Below are positions 1 to 13,000 of a stretch of 64,000 bases of DNA, one piece after another. The DNA is taken from assembly GCA_039621445.1 (NCBI GenBank), contig CP154954.1, forward strand, positions 37,061,703 to 37,125,702, given 5' to 3'. A model generated the notes under the pieces. That model saw only the letters and a program-made list of their open reading frames with translations, was not told the origin of the DNA and made no database searches. The position numbers and the translations under genes are program-made. Each line of letters begins with the position of its first letter. Positions within the stretch are counted from its first letter, which is position 1. The DNA comes from Euglena gracilis. Lineage: Eukaryota.

Positions 1-232
1 ACCTAAACCAAAACCCAACCCTAAACCCAAACCCGAACCCAGAACCCTAACCCTAAATAAACCCTGACCCTGACCCTGACCCTAACTCTCTAGACCCTGT
101 GTCGACACCAGCCGTATCTTCTGACCCTGTTATGTGCTTTCCAGTGACCTAAAATACATCAGTGACCCAAAGTAGGCCAAAATAGGTGTGGATCGACCTG
201 TTTTGCCGTGGATCGACTAACAGACAAGTACC
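1..232. mobile_element. Right arm of a family A MITE (window starts at its palindrome centre)
   Basis: Matches 5666-5893; ends ...acaagtacc followed by cgttttga. Confidence 0.75.
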
Positions 233-724
233 CGTTTTGACACACAGCATGCCCCAATTGATTCAAAAAAATGTCAGATTTTGGGGGGGGGGATACAGCG
301 CTGCTCAACCCCCCGAATTGCAAAATATTGAAAATTTTCAGCTGTTGAAAGGGGGGCGGGAGGCGTGGTTTTCAAAGCCAGATTGAATGCCAAGAAATGC
401 GGGGTGCCAAAACGTGCCACCATCCCCCGGACTGGGTCTCTGACACTAACCCTGACCCTGTTCCTTCACGAACCAGAAACCCTGCCTTTTGACCCGTCAC
501 ACAGATGGTCCCAAATTACACAAAGGCAAACTTTTGCGATTGTGGGGTGGTGACCAGCAGTGGCTCGGCTGATTCTGGGGTTTAGGGGGGTGGGGAACCC
601 AGCTGACCTGGTCCCGGGGGCTGGTGGGGCGTTCTGGCGCACCCCATTTCCTGGCATTGAGGCAATCTGGCCCCGAAAATCACGCCGCCATGCCCCCCCC
701 CCCCGATTGACGCCCAAAATTGTA

Positions 725-828
725 CCTCCCCCTCCCCAAGCCCAATGAACACTAAGGTGACAATCTAGACGGTCCGAACACCCCCTGTTCATTGGGCAAG
801 GGTGTTCATTAGGCATGGGGGGGGGAGG
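725..828. mobile_element. TA-flanked Tc1/mariner (Stowaway-like) MITE; copies at 6387-6490 and 18803-18909
   Basis: TA|cctcccc..gcccaatgaacac...gtgttcattaggc..ggggagg|TA, interrupting a satellite monomer. Confidence 0.75.
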
Positions 829-840
829 TAAGCATTTTGC

Positions 841-1250
841 TGGTGAGAGACATCACCTTCATAACAATCGTCGTCTGAATCTGCGTCATCGCCTTGCAGA
901 TATTCAATTGTTTCGAAATCAGGTTTCGTCCGAAGCATGGTGATTGCTCAATCTCAATGAATCATCATTTCTTGCAATGGATCTGCAGAAGGTGCGGAAG
1001 CAGCGTCACATGCATAGGGTGTGGTTTGGACCAGTGGCGGAACACCACATTTTCGGTTGCCAAATTGACCGAACCCAAGGTATGGAAAAAATTTTCCAAA
1101 AATCAGGCATTCCTACTGCTGAAAATTGGATTTCACACCAAATTGAGAACCTGCTGGAAAAAAAGACCCCCCCCCCAAGTAACCGCTAAAGCGGGGAATG
1201 AGTGATTAACCATGGTTAACACGGTTAAAACGGACAGAGATGGTTAACCA
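841..1250. repeat. Dispersed ~400-bp repeat segment (also ~6503, 18922, 21277, 28315, 30014)
   Basis: gagagacatcaccttcataac...gcagaaggtgc...aacaccacattttc recurs, always near 197-bp-family monomers. Confidence 0.8.
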
Positions 1251-1384
1251 AACTTCTCACGCAAAACCCACATCATTTGATGAAAAACATTTCCTCATTG
1301 GACAAATGTTGGGCCGAAATAGCAAAATACTGACGGGGGTATTTGAGAGGTGCCTGATGGGGCACAATCCGCAGGCACCAAGGC

Positions 1385-4300
1385 CAGCTGGGTTCCCCGC
1401 CCCCCAGACACACGCCCCCCCCCTTCCGCCCCGATTTATACCAAAAAATTGCCAAAACTTTTGCAATTGTGGGGTGTTTTCAGCAGTGGTTTCAATTATT
1501 GTGGGGTTTTGGGGGTGGGGAACCCAGCTGACCTGGTCCCTGGTCGCACGTTTTGGCCCCCCCCCAATTCCTGGCATTGAGCCAATCTGGCCCCGAAAAT
1601 CACGCCCCCACGCCCCCCCCCCCCGATTAACGCCCAAAGATTGTGAAGATTTTGCTATTTGGGGGGTGTTGAGCAGCAGTGGTGCTGATATTCATGGGTT
1701 TTTGGGGGGTGGGGAACCCAGCTGACCTGGTCCCAGGGGCCGGTCGCACGTTTTGGCACCCCCCAATTCCTGGCATTGAGGCAATCTGGTCACGAGGAAA
1801 CCGCCCCCCCCCCCCCCCTTCCGCCCCGATTTATACCAAAAAATTGCCAAAACTTTTGCAATTGTGGGGTGTTTTCAGCAGTGGTTTCAGTTATTATGGG
1901 GTTTTTGGGGGTGGGGAACCCAGCTGACCTGGTCCCAGGGGCCGGTCGCACGTTTTGGCACCCCCCAATTCCTGGCATTGAGGCAATCTGGTCCCGAGAA
2001 CCACGCCCCCCCCCCCTTCCGCCCCGATTTATACCAAAAAATTGCCAAAACTTTTGCAATTGTGGGGTGTTTTCAGCAGTGGTTTCAATTACTGTGGGGT
2101 TTTTGGGGGTGGGGAACCCAGCTGACCTGGTCCCGGGGGCCGGTCGCACGTTTTGGCACCCCCCAATTCCTGGCATTGAGGCAATCTGGTCCTTGAAACC
2201 ACGCCCCCCCCCGCCCCGATTTATACCAAAAAATTGCCAAAATTTTGCCATTGTGGGGTGTTTTCAGCAGTGGTTTCAATTACTGTGTGGTTTTTGGGGG
2301 TGGGGAACCCAGCTGACCTGGTCCCGGGGGCTGGTTGCACGTTTTGGCACCCCCCAATTCCTGGCATTGAGGCAATCTGGTCCTTGAAACCACGCCCCCC
2401 CCCCCTCCGCCCCGACTTATACCAAAAAAATGCCAAGAATTTGCTATTGTGGGGTGTTCACCAGCAGTGGTTTTAGTTATTGTGGGGTTTTGGGGGTGGG
2501 GAACCCAGCTGACCTGGTCCCGGGGGCTGGTCGCACGTTTTGGCACCCCCCAATTCCTGGCATTGAGCCAATCTGGCCCCGAAATCACGCCCCCCCCCCC
2601 CGATTAACGCCCAAAGATTGTGAAGATTTTGCTATTTGGGGGGTGTTTTCAGCAGTGGTGCTGATATTCATGGGTTTTTGGGGGGTGGGGAACCCAGCTG
2701 ACCTGGTCCCAGGGGCCGGTCGCACGTTTTGGCACCCCCCAATTCCTGGCATTGAGGCAATCTGGTCCCGAGAACCACGCCCCCCCCCCTTCCGCCCCGA
2801 TTTATACCAAAAAATTGCCAAAACTTTTGCAATTGTGGGGTGTTTTCAGCAGTGGTTTCAATTACTGTGTGGTTTTTGGTGGTGGGGAACCCAGCTGACC
2901 TGGTCCCGGGGGCTGGTTGCACGTTTTGGCACCCCCCAATTCCTGGCATTGAGGCAATCTGGTCCTTGAAACCACGCCCCCCCCCCCCTCCGCCCCGACT
3001 TATACCAAAAAAATGCCAAGAATTTGCTATTGTGGGGTGTTCACCAGCAGTGGTTTTAGTTATTGTGGGGTTTTGGGGGTGGGGAACCCAGCTGACCTGG
3101 TCCCGGGGGCTGGTCGCACGTTTTGGCACCCCCCAATTCCTGGCATTGAGCCAATCTGGCCCCGAAATCACGCCCCCACGCCCCCCCCCCCCCGATTAAC
3201 GCCCAAAGATTGTGAAGATTTTGCTATTTGGGGGGTGTTTTCAGCAGTGGTGCTGATATTCATGGGTTTTTGGGGGGTGGGGAACCCAGCTGACCTGGTC
3301 CCAGGGGCCGGTCGCACGTTTTGGCACCCCCCAATTCCTGGCATTGAGGCAATCTGGTCCCGAGAACCACGCCCCCCCCCCCCCCTTCCGCCCCGATTTA
3401 TACCAAAAAATTGCCAAAACTTTTGCAATTGTGGGGTGTTTTCAGCAGTGGTTTCAATTACTGTGGGGTTTTTGGGGGTGGGGAACCCAGCTGACCTGGT
3501 CCCGGGGGCTGGTTGCACGTTTTGGCACCCCCCAATTCCTGGCATTGAGGCAATCTGGTCCCGAGAACCACGCCCCCCCCCCCCTTCCGCCCCGATTTAT
3601 ACCAAAAAATTGCCAAAACTTTTGCAATTGTGGGGTGTTTTCAGCAGTGGTTTCAATTACTGTGTGGTTTTTGGGGGTGGGGAACCCAGCTGACCTGGTC
3701 CCGGGGGCTGGTCGCACGTTTTGGCCCCCCCAATTCCTGGCATTGAGGCAATCTGGTCCTTGAAACCACGCCCCCCCCCCTTCCGCCCCGACTTATACCA
3801 AAAAAATGCCAAAAATTTGCTATTGTGGGGTGTTCACCAGCAGTGGTTTTAGTTCTTTTGGGTTTTTGGGGGTGGGGAACCCAGCTGACCTGGTCCCGGG
3901 GGCTGGTCGCACGTTTTGGCCCCCCCCAATTCCTGGCATTGAGCCAATCTGGCCCCGAAAATCACGCCCCCACGCCCCCCCCCCCCGATTAACGCCCAAA
4001 GATTGTGAAGATTTTGCTATTTGGGGGGTGTTGAGCAGCAGTGGTGCTGATATTCATGGGTTTTTGGGGGGTGGGGAACCCAGCTGACCTGGTCCCGGGG
4101 GCCGGTGGGACGTTTTGGCGCAACCCGTTACCTGGCATTGAGGCAATCTGGCCCCGAAAATCACGCCCCCACACGCCCCCCCCCCCCCCATTAGGACCCA
4201 AAAATTTGGAAAATTTTGCTATTTGGGGGGGGTGTTGAGCAGCAGTGGTTCTGATATTCATGGGGGTTTTGGGGGGTGGGGAACCCAGCTGACCTGGTCC

Positions 4301-4540
4301 CGGGGGCTGGTGGGACGTTTTGGCACACCCCAAGTACTGGCATTGAGGCAATCTGGCCCCGAAAATCACGCCCCCACGCCCCCCCTCCCCCGATTAGCAC
4401 CCAAAAATTGTGAAAATTTTGCTATTTGGGGGGGTGTTGAGCAGCAGTGGTGCTGATGTTCATGGGGCTTTTGGGGGGTGGGGAACCCAGCTGACCTGGT
4501 CCCGGGGGCCGGTGGGACATTTTGACACACCCCATGCCCC
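1385..4540 (+). repeat. ~197-bp satellite array (about 16 monomers)
   Basis: Core gtggggaacccagctgacctggtcccgggggctggtcgcacgttttggcacccccc recurs about every 190-200 bp. Confidence 0.95.
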
Positions 4541-4986
4541 GATTGATTCAAAAAAATGTCAAATTTTGGGGGGATACAGCGCTGCTCAACCCCCCCCCCC
4601 GAATTGCAAAATTTTGACAATTCTCAGCTGTTCAAGAGGGGCGGGGGTGTGGTTTTCAAAGCCAGATTGAATGATGGTCCCAAATTACACACAAAAAAAA
4701 GGCAAAATTTTGTGATTGTGGGGTGGTGACCAGCAGCGGCTCAGCTGATTCTGGGGTTTTTGGGGGGTGGGGAACCCAGCTGACCTGGTCCCGGGGGCTG
4801 GTGGGACGTTTTGGGGTACTTGTCTGTTAGTCGATCCACGGCAGTGCATCAAGTCTGTTAGTCGATCCACACCTATTTTTGGCCTACTCCTATTTTTGGC
4901 CTACTTTGGGTCACTGAGGGACAGGGAAAGCACAAAACAGGGTCAGAAGATACGGCTGGTGTCGGCACAGGGTCTGCAGAGTTAGG

Positions 4987-5221
4987 GGTACTTGTTCGGT
5001 AAAGCACCGCCAGTGAAATTTCTCTAAGTCGGAATTTTTAGGGTTATTGAAGGAGTAGGGTTAGGTGCGCACATGCCCATTTTGCGCTACATGGCCATGT
5101 TGCGCAACATGGCCATGTAGCGCAAAATGGCCTTGTGCGCACCTAACCCTACTCCTTCAATTAACCCCATGATAACCGACTTAGAGAAATTTCACTGGCG
5201 GTCCCTTACCGAACAAGTACC
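4987..5221. mobile_element. Merlin-like hairpin MITE family B
   Basis: Near-complete 235-bp palindrome ggtacttgttcggtaa...ttaccgaacaagtacc; perfect TSD gagttagg; second copy at 15978-17637 is interrupted. Confidence 0.85.
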
Positions 5222-5423
5222 GAGTTAGGGTTAGGTTTAGGGTTAGGGCAATGTGACCATAACCCTAACCCTTTCCCTAACCCTATCCCTAACCCTATTT
5301 TTGACCCTCTTTGGGTCACTAATGGACAGGGAAAGCACAAAAAAAAGGGTCAGAAGATACGGCTGGTGTCGGCACAGAGAGGGTTGTCTAGAGAGTAAGG
5401 GTTAGGGTCACGGTTTAGGGTTA

Positions 5424-5612
5424 CCCCCCCTCCCCTAGTCGTACGACCGGGTTCCTGCAACCTGTGACCGGGGGGGGGGGGGTGGTCGTAACACCCCCAT
5501 AACCTGCAACCTGTGACCGGGGGAGGTGGTCATAACACCCCCATGACCTGCAACCTGTGGCTGGGGGGTGGTCGTAAATGAGGGGTGGTCGTACGACTAG
5601 GGGGGGGGGGGG
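5424..5612. mobile_element. Small MITE nested in telomere-like repeats (copy at 17840-18027)
   Basis: TIR cccctagtcgtacgacc/ggtcgtacgactagggg flanked by TTA; TSD length is ambiguous because the host is (ggtta)n. Confidence 0.7.
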
Positions 5613-7049
5613 TTACGGTTAGGGTTTTGGGTTTTGGGTAAGGGTTACGGTTAGGGTTAGGGTTTACCTAAACCAAAACCCAACCCTAAACCCAAACCCG
5701 AACCCAGAACCCTAACCCTAAACCCTGACCCTGACCCTGACCCTAACTCTCTAGACCCTGTGTCGACACCAGCCGTATCTTCTGACCCTGTTATGTGCTT
5801 TCCAGTGACCTAAAATACATCAGTGACCCAAAGTAGGCCAAAATAGGTGTGGATCGACCTGTTTTGCCGTGGATCGACTAACAGACAAGTACCCGTTTTG
5901 ACACACAGCATGCCCCAATTGATTCAAAAAAATGTCAAATTTTGGGGGGGGGATACAGCGCTGCTCAACCCCCCGAATTGCAAAATTTTAACAATTTTCA
6001 GCTGTTGAAAGGGGGGGGGGCGGGGGCGTGGTTTTCAAAGCCAGATTGAATGCCAAGAAATGCGGGGTGCCAAAACGTGCCACCATCCCCCGGACTGGGT
6101 CTCTGACACTAACCCTGACCCTGTTCCTTCACGAACCAGAAACCCTGCCTTTTGACCCGTCACACAGATGGTCCCAAATTACACAAAGGCAAACTTTTGC
6201 GATTGTGGGGTGGTGACCAGCAGTGGCTCGGCTGATTCTGGGGTTTAGGGGGGTGGGGAACCCAGCTGACCTGGTCCCGGGGGCTGGTGGGGCGTTCTGG
6301 CGCACCCCATTTCCTGGCATTGAGGCAATCTGGCCCCGAAAATCACGCCGCCATGCCCCCCCCCCCGATTGACGCCCAAAATTGTACCTCCCCCTCCCCA
6401 AGCCCAATGAACACTAAGGTGACAATCTAGACGGTCCGAACACCCCCTGTTCATTGGGCAAGGGTGTTCATTAGGCATGGGGGGGGGAGGTAAGCATTTT
6501 GCTGGTGAGAGACATCACCTTCATAACAATCGTCGTCTGAATCTGCGTCATCGCCTTGCAGATATTCAATTGTTTCGAAATCAGGTTTCGTCCGAAGCAT
6601 GGTGATTGCTCAATCTCAATGAATCATCATTTCTTGCAATGGATCTGCAGAAGGTGCGGAAGCAGCGTCACATGCATAGGGTGTGGTTTGGACCAGTGGC
6701 GGAACACCACATTTTCGGTTGCCAAATTGACCGAACCCAAGGTATGGAAAAAATTTTCCAAAAATCAGGCATTCCTACTGCTGAAAATTGGATTTCACAC
6801 CAAATTGAGAACCTGCTGGAAAAAAAGACCCCCCCCCCAAGTAACCGCTAAAGCGGGGAATGAGTGATTAACCATGGTTAACACGGTTAAAACGGACAGA
6901 GATTGGTTAACCAAACTTCTCACGCAAAACCCACATCATTTGATGAAAAACATTTCCTCATTGGACAAATGTTGGGCCGAAATAGCAAAATACTGACGGG
7001 GGTATTTGAGAGGTGCCTGATGGGGCACAATCCGCAGGCACCAAGGCCA

Positions 7050-10000
7050 ACTGGGTTCCCCGCCCCCCAGACACACGCCCCCCCCCTTCCGCCCCGATTT
7101 ATACCAAAAAATTGCCAAAACTTTTGCAATTGTGGGGTGTTTTCAGCAGTGGTTTCAATTACTGTGTGGTTTTTGGGGTGGGGAACCCAGCTGACCTGGT
7201 CCCGGGGGCTGGTCGCACGTTTTGGCACCCCCCAATTCCTGGCATCAATTCCTGGCATTGAGGCAATCTGGTCCCGTAAACCACACCCCCCCCCCCGCCC
7301 CGATTTATACCAAAAAATTGCCAAAATTTTGCAATTGTGGGGTATTTTCAGCAGTGGTTTCGGTTATTATGGGGTTTTGGGGGTGGGGAACCCAGCTGAC
7401 CTGGTCCTGGGGGCTGGTCGCACGTTTTGGCACCCCCCAACTCCTGGCATTGAGGCAATCTGCTCCCGAGAACCGCGCCCCCCCGCCCTTCCGCCCCGAT
7501 TTATACCAAAAAAATTGCAAAAATTTTGCTATCGTGGGGTATTTTCGGCATTGGTTCCATCAGTATGGGGTTTTGGGGGGTGGGGAACCCAGCTGACCTG
7601 GTCCCGGGGGCTGGCCGCACGTTTTGGCACCCCCCAATTCCTGGCATTGAGGCAATCTGGTCCTTGAAACCACGCCACCTCCCCTTCCGCCCCGATTTAT
7701 ACCAAAAAATTGCCAAAACTTTTGCAATTGTGGGGTGTTTTCAGCAGTGGTTTCAATTACTGTGTGGTTTTTGGGGGTGGGGAACCCAGCTGACCTGGTC
7801 CCGGGGGCTGGTTGCACGTTTTGGCACCCCCCAATTCCTGGCATTGAGCCAATCTGGCCCCGAAAATCACGCCCCCACGCCCCCCCCCCCCCCCCCGATT
7901 AACCAAAAAATTGCCAAGATTTTGCTATTTGGGGGGTGTTGAGTAGCAGTGGTTCTGATATTCATGGGTTTTTGGGGGGTGGGGAACCCAGCTGACCTGG
8001 TCCCAGGGGCCGGTCGCACGTTTTGGCACCCCCCAATTCCTGGCATTGAGGCAATCTGGTCCCGAGAACCACGCCCCCCCCCCTTCCGCCCCGATTTATA
8101 CCAAAAAATTGCCAAAACTTTTGCAATTGTGGGGTGTTTTCAGCAGTGGTTTCAATTATTGTGGGGTTTTGGGGGTGGGGAACCCAGCTGACCTGGTCCC
8201 GGGGGCTGGTCGCACGTTTTGGCCCCCCCCCCCCAATTCCTGGCATTGAGCCAATCTGGCCCCGAAAATCACGCCCCCCCCCCCCCCCCCCCCGATTAAC
8301 GCCCAAAGATTGTGAAGATTTTGCTATTTGGGGGGTGTTGAGCAGCAGTGGTGCTGATATTCATGGGTTTTTGGGGGGTGGGGAACCCAGCTGACCTGGT
8401 CCCAGGGGCCGGTCGCACGTTTTGGCACCCCCCAATTCCTGGCATTGAGGCAATCTGGTCCCGAGAACCACGCCCCCCCCCCCTTCCGCCCCGATTTATA
8501 CCAAAAAATTGCCAAAACTTTTGCAATTGTGGGGTGTTTTCAGCAGTGGTTTCAATTATTATGGGTTTTTGAGGGTGGGGAACCCAGCTGACCTGGTCCC
8601 GGGGGCTGGTTGCACGTTTTGGCACCCCCCAATTCCTGGCATTGAGGCAATCTGGTCCCGAGAACCACGCCCCCCCCCCCTTCCGCCCCGATTTATACCA
8701 AAAAATTGCCAAAACTTTTGCAATTGTGGGGTGTTTTCAGCAGTGGTTTCAATTACTGTGGGGTTTTTGGGGGTGGGGAACCCAGCTGACCTGGTCCCGG
8801 GGGCTGGTCGCACGTTTTGGCACCCCCCAATTCCTGGCATTGAGGCAATCTGGTCCTTGAAACCACGCCCCCCCCCCCGCCCCGATTTACACCAAAAAAT
8901 TGCCAAAATTTTGCCATTGTGGGGTGTTTTCAGCAGTGGTTTCAATTATTATGGGTTTTTTGGGGGTGGGGAACCCAGCTGACCTGGTCCCAGGGGCCGG
9001 TCGCACGTTTTGGCACCCCCCAATTCCTGGCATTGAGGCAATCTGGTCCCGAGAACCACGCCCCCCCCCCTTCCGCCCCGATTTATACCAAAAAATTGCC
9101 AAAACTTTTGCAATTGTGGGGTGTTTTCAGCAGTGGTTTCAATTATTGTGGGGTTTTGGGGGTGGGGAACCCAGCTGACCTGGTCCCTGGTCGCACGTTT
9201 TGGCCCCCCCCCAATTCCTGGCATTGAGCCAATCTGGCCCCGAAAATCACGCCCCCACGCCCCCCCCCCCCGATTAACGCCCAAAGATTGTGAAGATTTT
9301 GCTATTTGGGGGGTGTTGAGCAGCAGTGGTGCTGATATTCATGGGTTTTTGGGGGGTGGGGAACCCAGCTGACCTGGTCCCAGGGGCCGGTCGCACGTTT
9401 TGGCACCCCCCAATTCCTGGCATTGAGGCAATCTGGTCCCGAGAACCACGCCCCCCCCCCCTTCCGCCCCGATTTATACCAAAAAATTGCCAAAACTTTT
9501 GCAATTGTGGGGTGTTTTCAGCAGTGGTTTCAGTTATTATGGGTTTTTTGGGGGTGGAGCTGACCTGGTCCCAGGGGCCGGTCGCACGTTTTGGCACCCC
9601 CCAATTCCTGGCATTGAGGCAATCTGGTCCCGAGAACCACGCCCCCCCCCCTTCCGCCCCGATTTATACCAAAAAATTGCCAAAACTTTTGCAATTGTGG
9701 GGTGTTTTCAGCAGTGGTTTCAATTACTGTGGGGTTTTTGGGGGTGGGGAACCCAGCTGACCTGGTCCCGGGGGCCGGTCGCACGTTTTGGCACCCCCCA
9801 GTTCCTGGCATTGAGGCAATCTGGTCCTTGAAACCACGCCCCCCCCCCCGCCCCGATTTCAACAAAAAAATTGCAAAACTTTTGCCATTGTGGGGTGTTT
9901 TCAGCAGTGGTTTCAATTACTGTGTGGTTTTTGGGGGTGGGGAACCCAGCTGACCTGGTCCCGGGGGCTGGTTGCACGTTTTGGCACCCCCCAATTCCTG

Positions 10001-13000
10001 GCATTGAGGCAATCTGGTCCTTGAAACCACGCCCCCCCCCTCCGCCCCGACTTATACCAAAAAAATGCCAAGAATTTGCTATTGTGGGGTGTTCACCAGC
10101 AGTGGTTTTAGTTATTGTGGGGTTTTGGGGGTGGGGAACCCAGCTGACCTGGTCCCGGGGGCTGGTCGCACGTTTTGGCACCCCCCAATTCCTGGCATTG
10201 AGGCAATCTGGTCCTTGAAACCACGCCCCCCCCCGCCCCGATTTACACCAAAAAATTGCCAAAATTTTGCCATTGTGGGGTGTTTTCAGCAGTGGTTTCA
10301 ATTATTGTGGGGTTTTGGGGGTGGGGAACCCAGCTGACCTGGTCCCGGGGGCCGGTCGCACGTTTTGGCACCCCCCAATTCCTGGCATTGAGGCAATCTG
10401 GTCCCGAAAACCACCCCCCCCCCCCCCCTTCCGCCCCGATTTATACCAAAAAATTGCCAAAACTTTTGCAATTGTGGGGTGTTTTCAGCAGTGGTTTCAA
10501 TTATTGTGGGGTTTTGGGGGTGGGGAACCCAGCTGACCTGGTCCACTGGGGGGGGGGGATACAGCTCGTGTTCCGTTTTTGGCCCCCCCCCCCAATTCCT
10601 GGCATTGAGCCAATCTGCCCCCGAAAATCCCCCCCCCCCCCCCCCCCCCCCCCGATTAACGCCCAAAGATTGTGAAGATTTTGCTATTTGGGGGGTGTTG
10701 AGCAGCAGTGGTGCTGATATTCATGGGTTTTTGGGGGGTGGGGAACCCAGCTGACCTGGTCCCAGGGGCCGGTCGCACGTTTTGGCACCCCCCAATTCCT
10801 GGCATTGAGGCAATCTGGTCCCGAGAACCACGCCCCCCCCCCCTTCCGCCCCGATTTATACCAAAAAATTGCCAAAACTTTTGCAATTGTGGGGTGTTTT
10901 CAGCAGTGGTTTCAATTATTATGGGTTTTTTTGGGGGTGGGGAACCCAGCTGACCTGGTCCCAGGGGCCGGTCGCACGTTTTGGCACCCCCCAATTCCTG
11001 GCATTGAGGCAATCTGGTCCCGAGAACCACGCCCCCCCCCCCCCTTCCGCCCCGATTTATACCAAAAAATTGCCAAAATTTTGCCATTGTGGGGTGTTTT
11101 CAGCAGTGGTTTCAATTACTGTGGGGTTTTTGGGGGTGGGGAACCCAGCTGACCTGGTCCCGGGGGCCGGTCGCACGTTTTGGCACCCCCCAATTCCTGG
11201 CATTGAGGCAATCTGGTCCTTGAAACCACGCCCCCCCCCCGCCCCGATTTACACCAAAAAATTGCCAAAATTTTGCCATTGTGGGGTGTTTTCAGCAGTG
11301 GTTTCAATTACTGAGTGGTTTTTGGGGGTGGGGAACCCAGCTGACCTGGTCCCGGGGGCTGGCCGCACGTTTTGGCACCCCCCAATTCCTGGCATTGAGG
11401 CAATCTGGTCCTTGAAACCACGCCCCCCCCCTCCGCCCCGACTTATACCAAAAAAATGCCAAGAATTTGCTATTGTGGGGTGTTCACCAGCAGTGGTTTT
11501 AGTTATTGTGGGGTTTTGGGGGTGGGGAACCCAGCTGACCTGGTCCCGGGGGCTGGTCGCACGTTTTGGCACCCCCCAATTCCTGGCATTGAGGCAATCT
11601 GGTCCTTGAAACCACGCCCCCCCCCCGCCCCGATTTACACCAAAAAATTGCCAAAATTTTGCCATTGTGGGGTGTTTTCAGCAGTGGTTTCAATTATTAT
11701 GGGTTTTTTGGGGGTGGGGAACCCAGCTGACCTGGTCCCAGGGGCCGGTCGCACGTTTTGGCACCCCCCAATTCCTGGCATTGAGGCAATCTGGTCCCGA
11801 GAACCACGCCCCCCCCCCCCCTTCCGCCCCGATTTATACCAAAAAATTGCCAAAACTTTTGCAATTGTGGGGTGTTTTCAGCAGTGGTTTCAATTATTGT
11901 GGGGTTTTGGGGGTGGGGAACCCAGCTGACCTGGTCCCTGGTCGCACGTTTTGGCCCCCCCCCCCCCCATCCCTGCATTGAGGCAATCTGTCCCCGAAAA
12001 CCACCCCCCCCCCCCCCCGATTAACGCCCAAAGATTGTGAAGATTTTGCTATTTGGGGGGTGTTGAGCAGCAGTGGTGCTGATATTCATGGGTTTTTGGG
12101 GGGTGGGGAACCCAGCTGACCTGGTCCCAGGGGCCGGTCGCACGTTTTGGCACCCCCCAATTCCTGGCATTGAGGCAATCTGGTCCTTGAAACCACGCCC
12201 GGTCCGAAACCACGCCCCCCCCCTTCCTCCCCGATTTATACCAAAAAATTGCCAAAACTTTTGCAATTGTGGGGTGTTTTCAGCAGTGGTTTCAGTTATT
12301 ATGGGTTTTTTGGGGGTGGGGAACCCAGCTGACCTGGTCCCAGGGGCCGGTCGCACGTTTTGGCACCCCCCAATTCCTGGCATTGAGGCAATCTGGTCCC
12401 GAGAACCACGCCCCCCCCCCCCTTCCGCCCCGATTTATACCAAAAAATTGCCAAAACTTTTGCAATTGTGGGGTGTTTTCAGCAGTGGTTTCAATTACTG
12501 TGGGGTTTTTGGGGGTGGGGAACCCAGCTGACCTGGTCCCGGGGGCCGGTCGCACGTTTTGGCACCCCCCAGTTCCTGGCATTGAGGCAATCTGGTCCTT
12601 GAAACCACGCCCCCCCCCCCCGCCCCGATTTACACCAAAAAATTGCCAAAATTTTGCCATTGTGGGGTGTTTTCAGCAGTGGTTTCAATTACTGTGTGGT
12701 TTTTGGGGGTGGGGAACCCAGCTGACCTGGTCCCGGGGGCTGGTTGCACGTTTTGGCACCCCCCAATTCCTGGCATTGAGGCAATCTGGTCCTTGAAACC
12801 ACGCCCCCCCCCTCCGCCCCGACTTATACCAAAAAAATGCCAAGAATTTGCTATTGTGGGGTGTTCACCAGCAGTGGTTTTAGTTATTGTGGGGTTTTGG
12901 GGGTGGGGAACCCAGCTGACCTGGTCCCGGGGGCTGGTCGCACGTTTTGGCACCCCCCAATTCCTGGCATTGAGGCAATCTGGTCGTTGAAACCAACCAC

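Larger units (their letters stand above)
4815..5893. mobile_element. Merlin-like palindromic MITE family A with telomere-like internal repeats and nested MITEs
   Basis: TIR ggtacttgtctgttagtcgatccacggca/tgccgtggatcgactaacagacaagtacc; TSD cgttttgg/cgttttga (7/8); GGTAC terminus and 8-bp TSD fit Merlin. Confidence 0.75.

Noticed and set aside
5613-5745. Head-to-head telomere repeats as a chromosome fusion scar
   Set aside because: Degenerate, repeated at 18080, and enclosed by TIRs with a TSD; explained as the MITE centre
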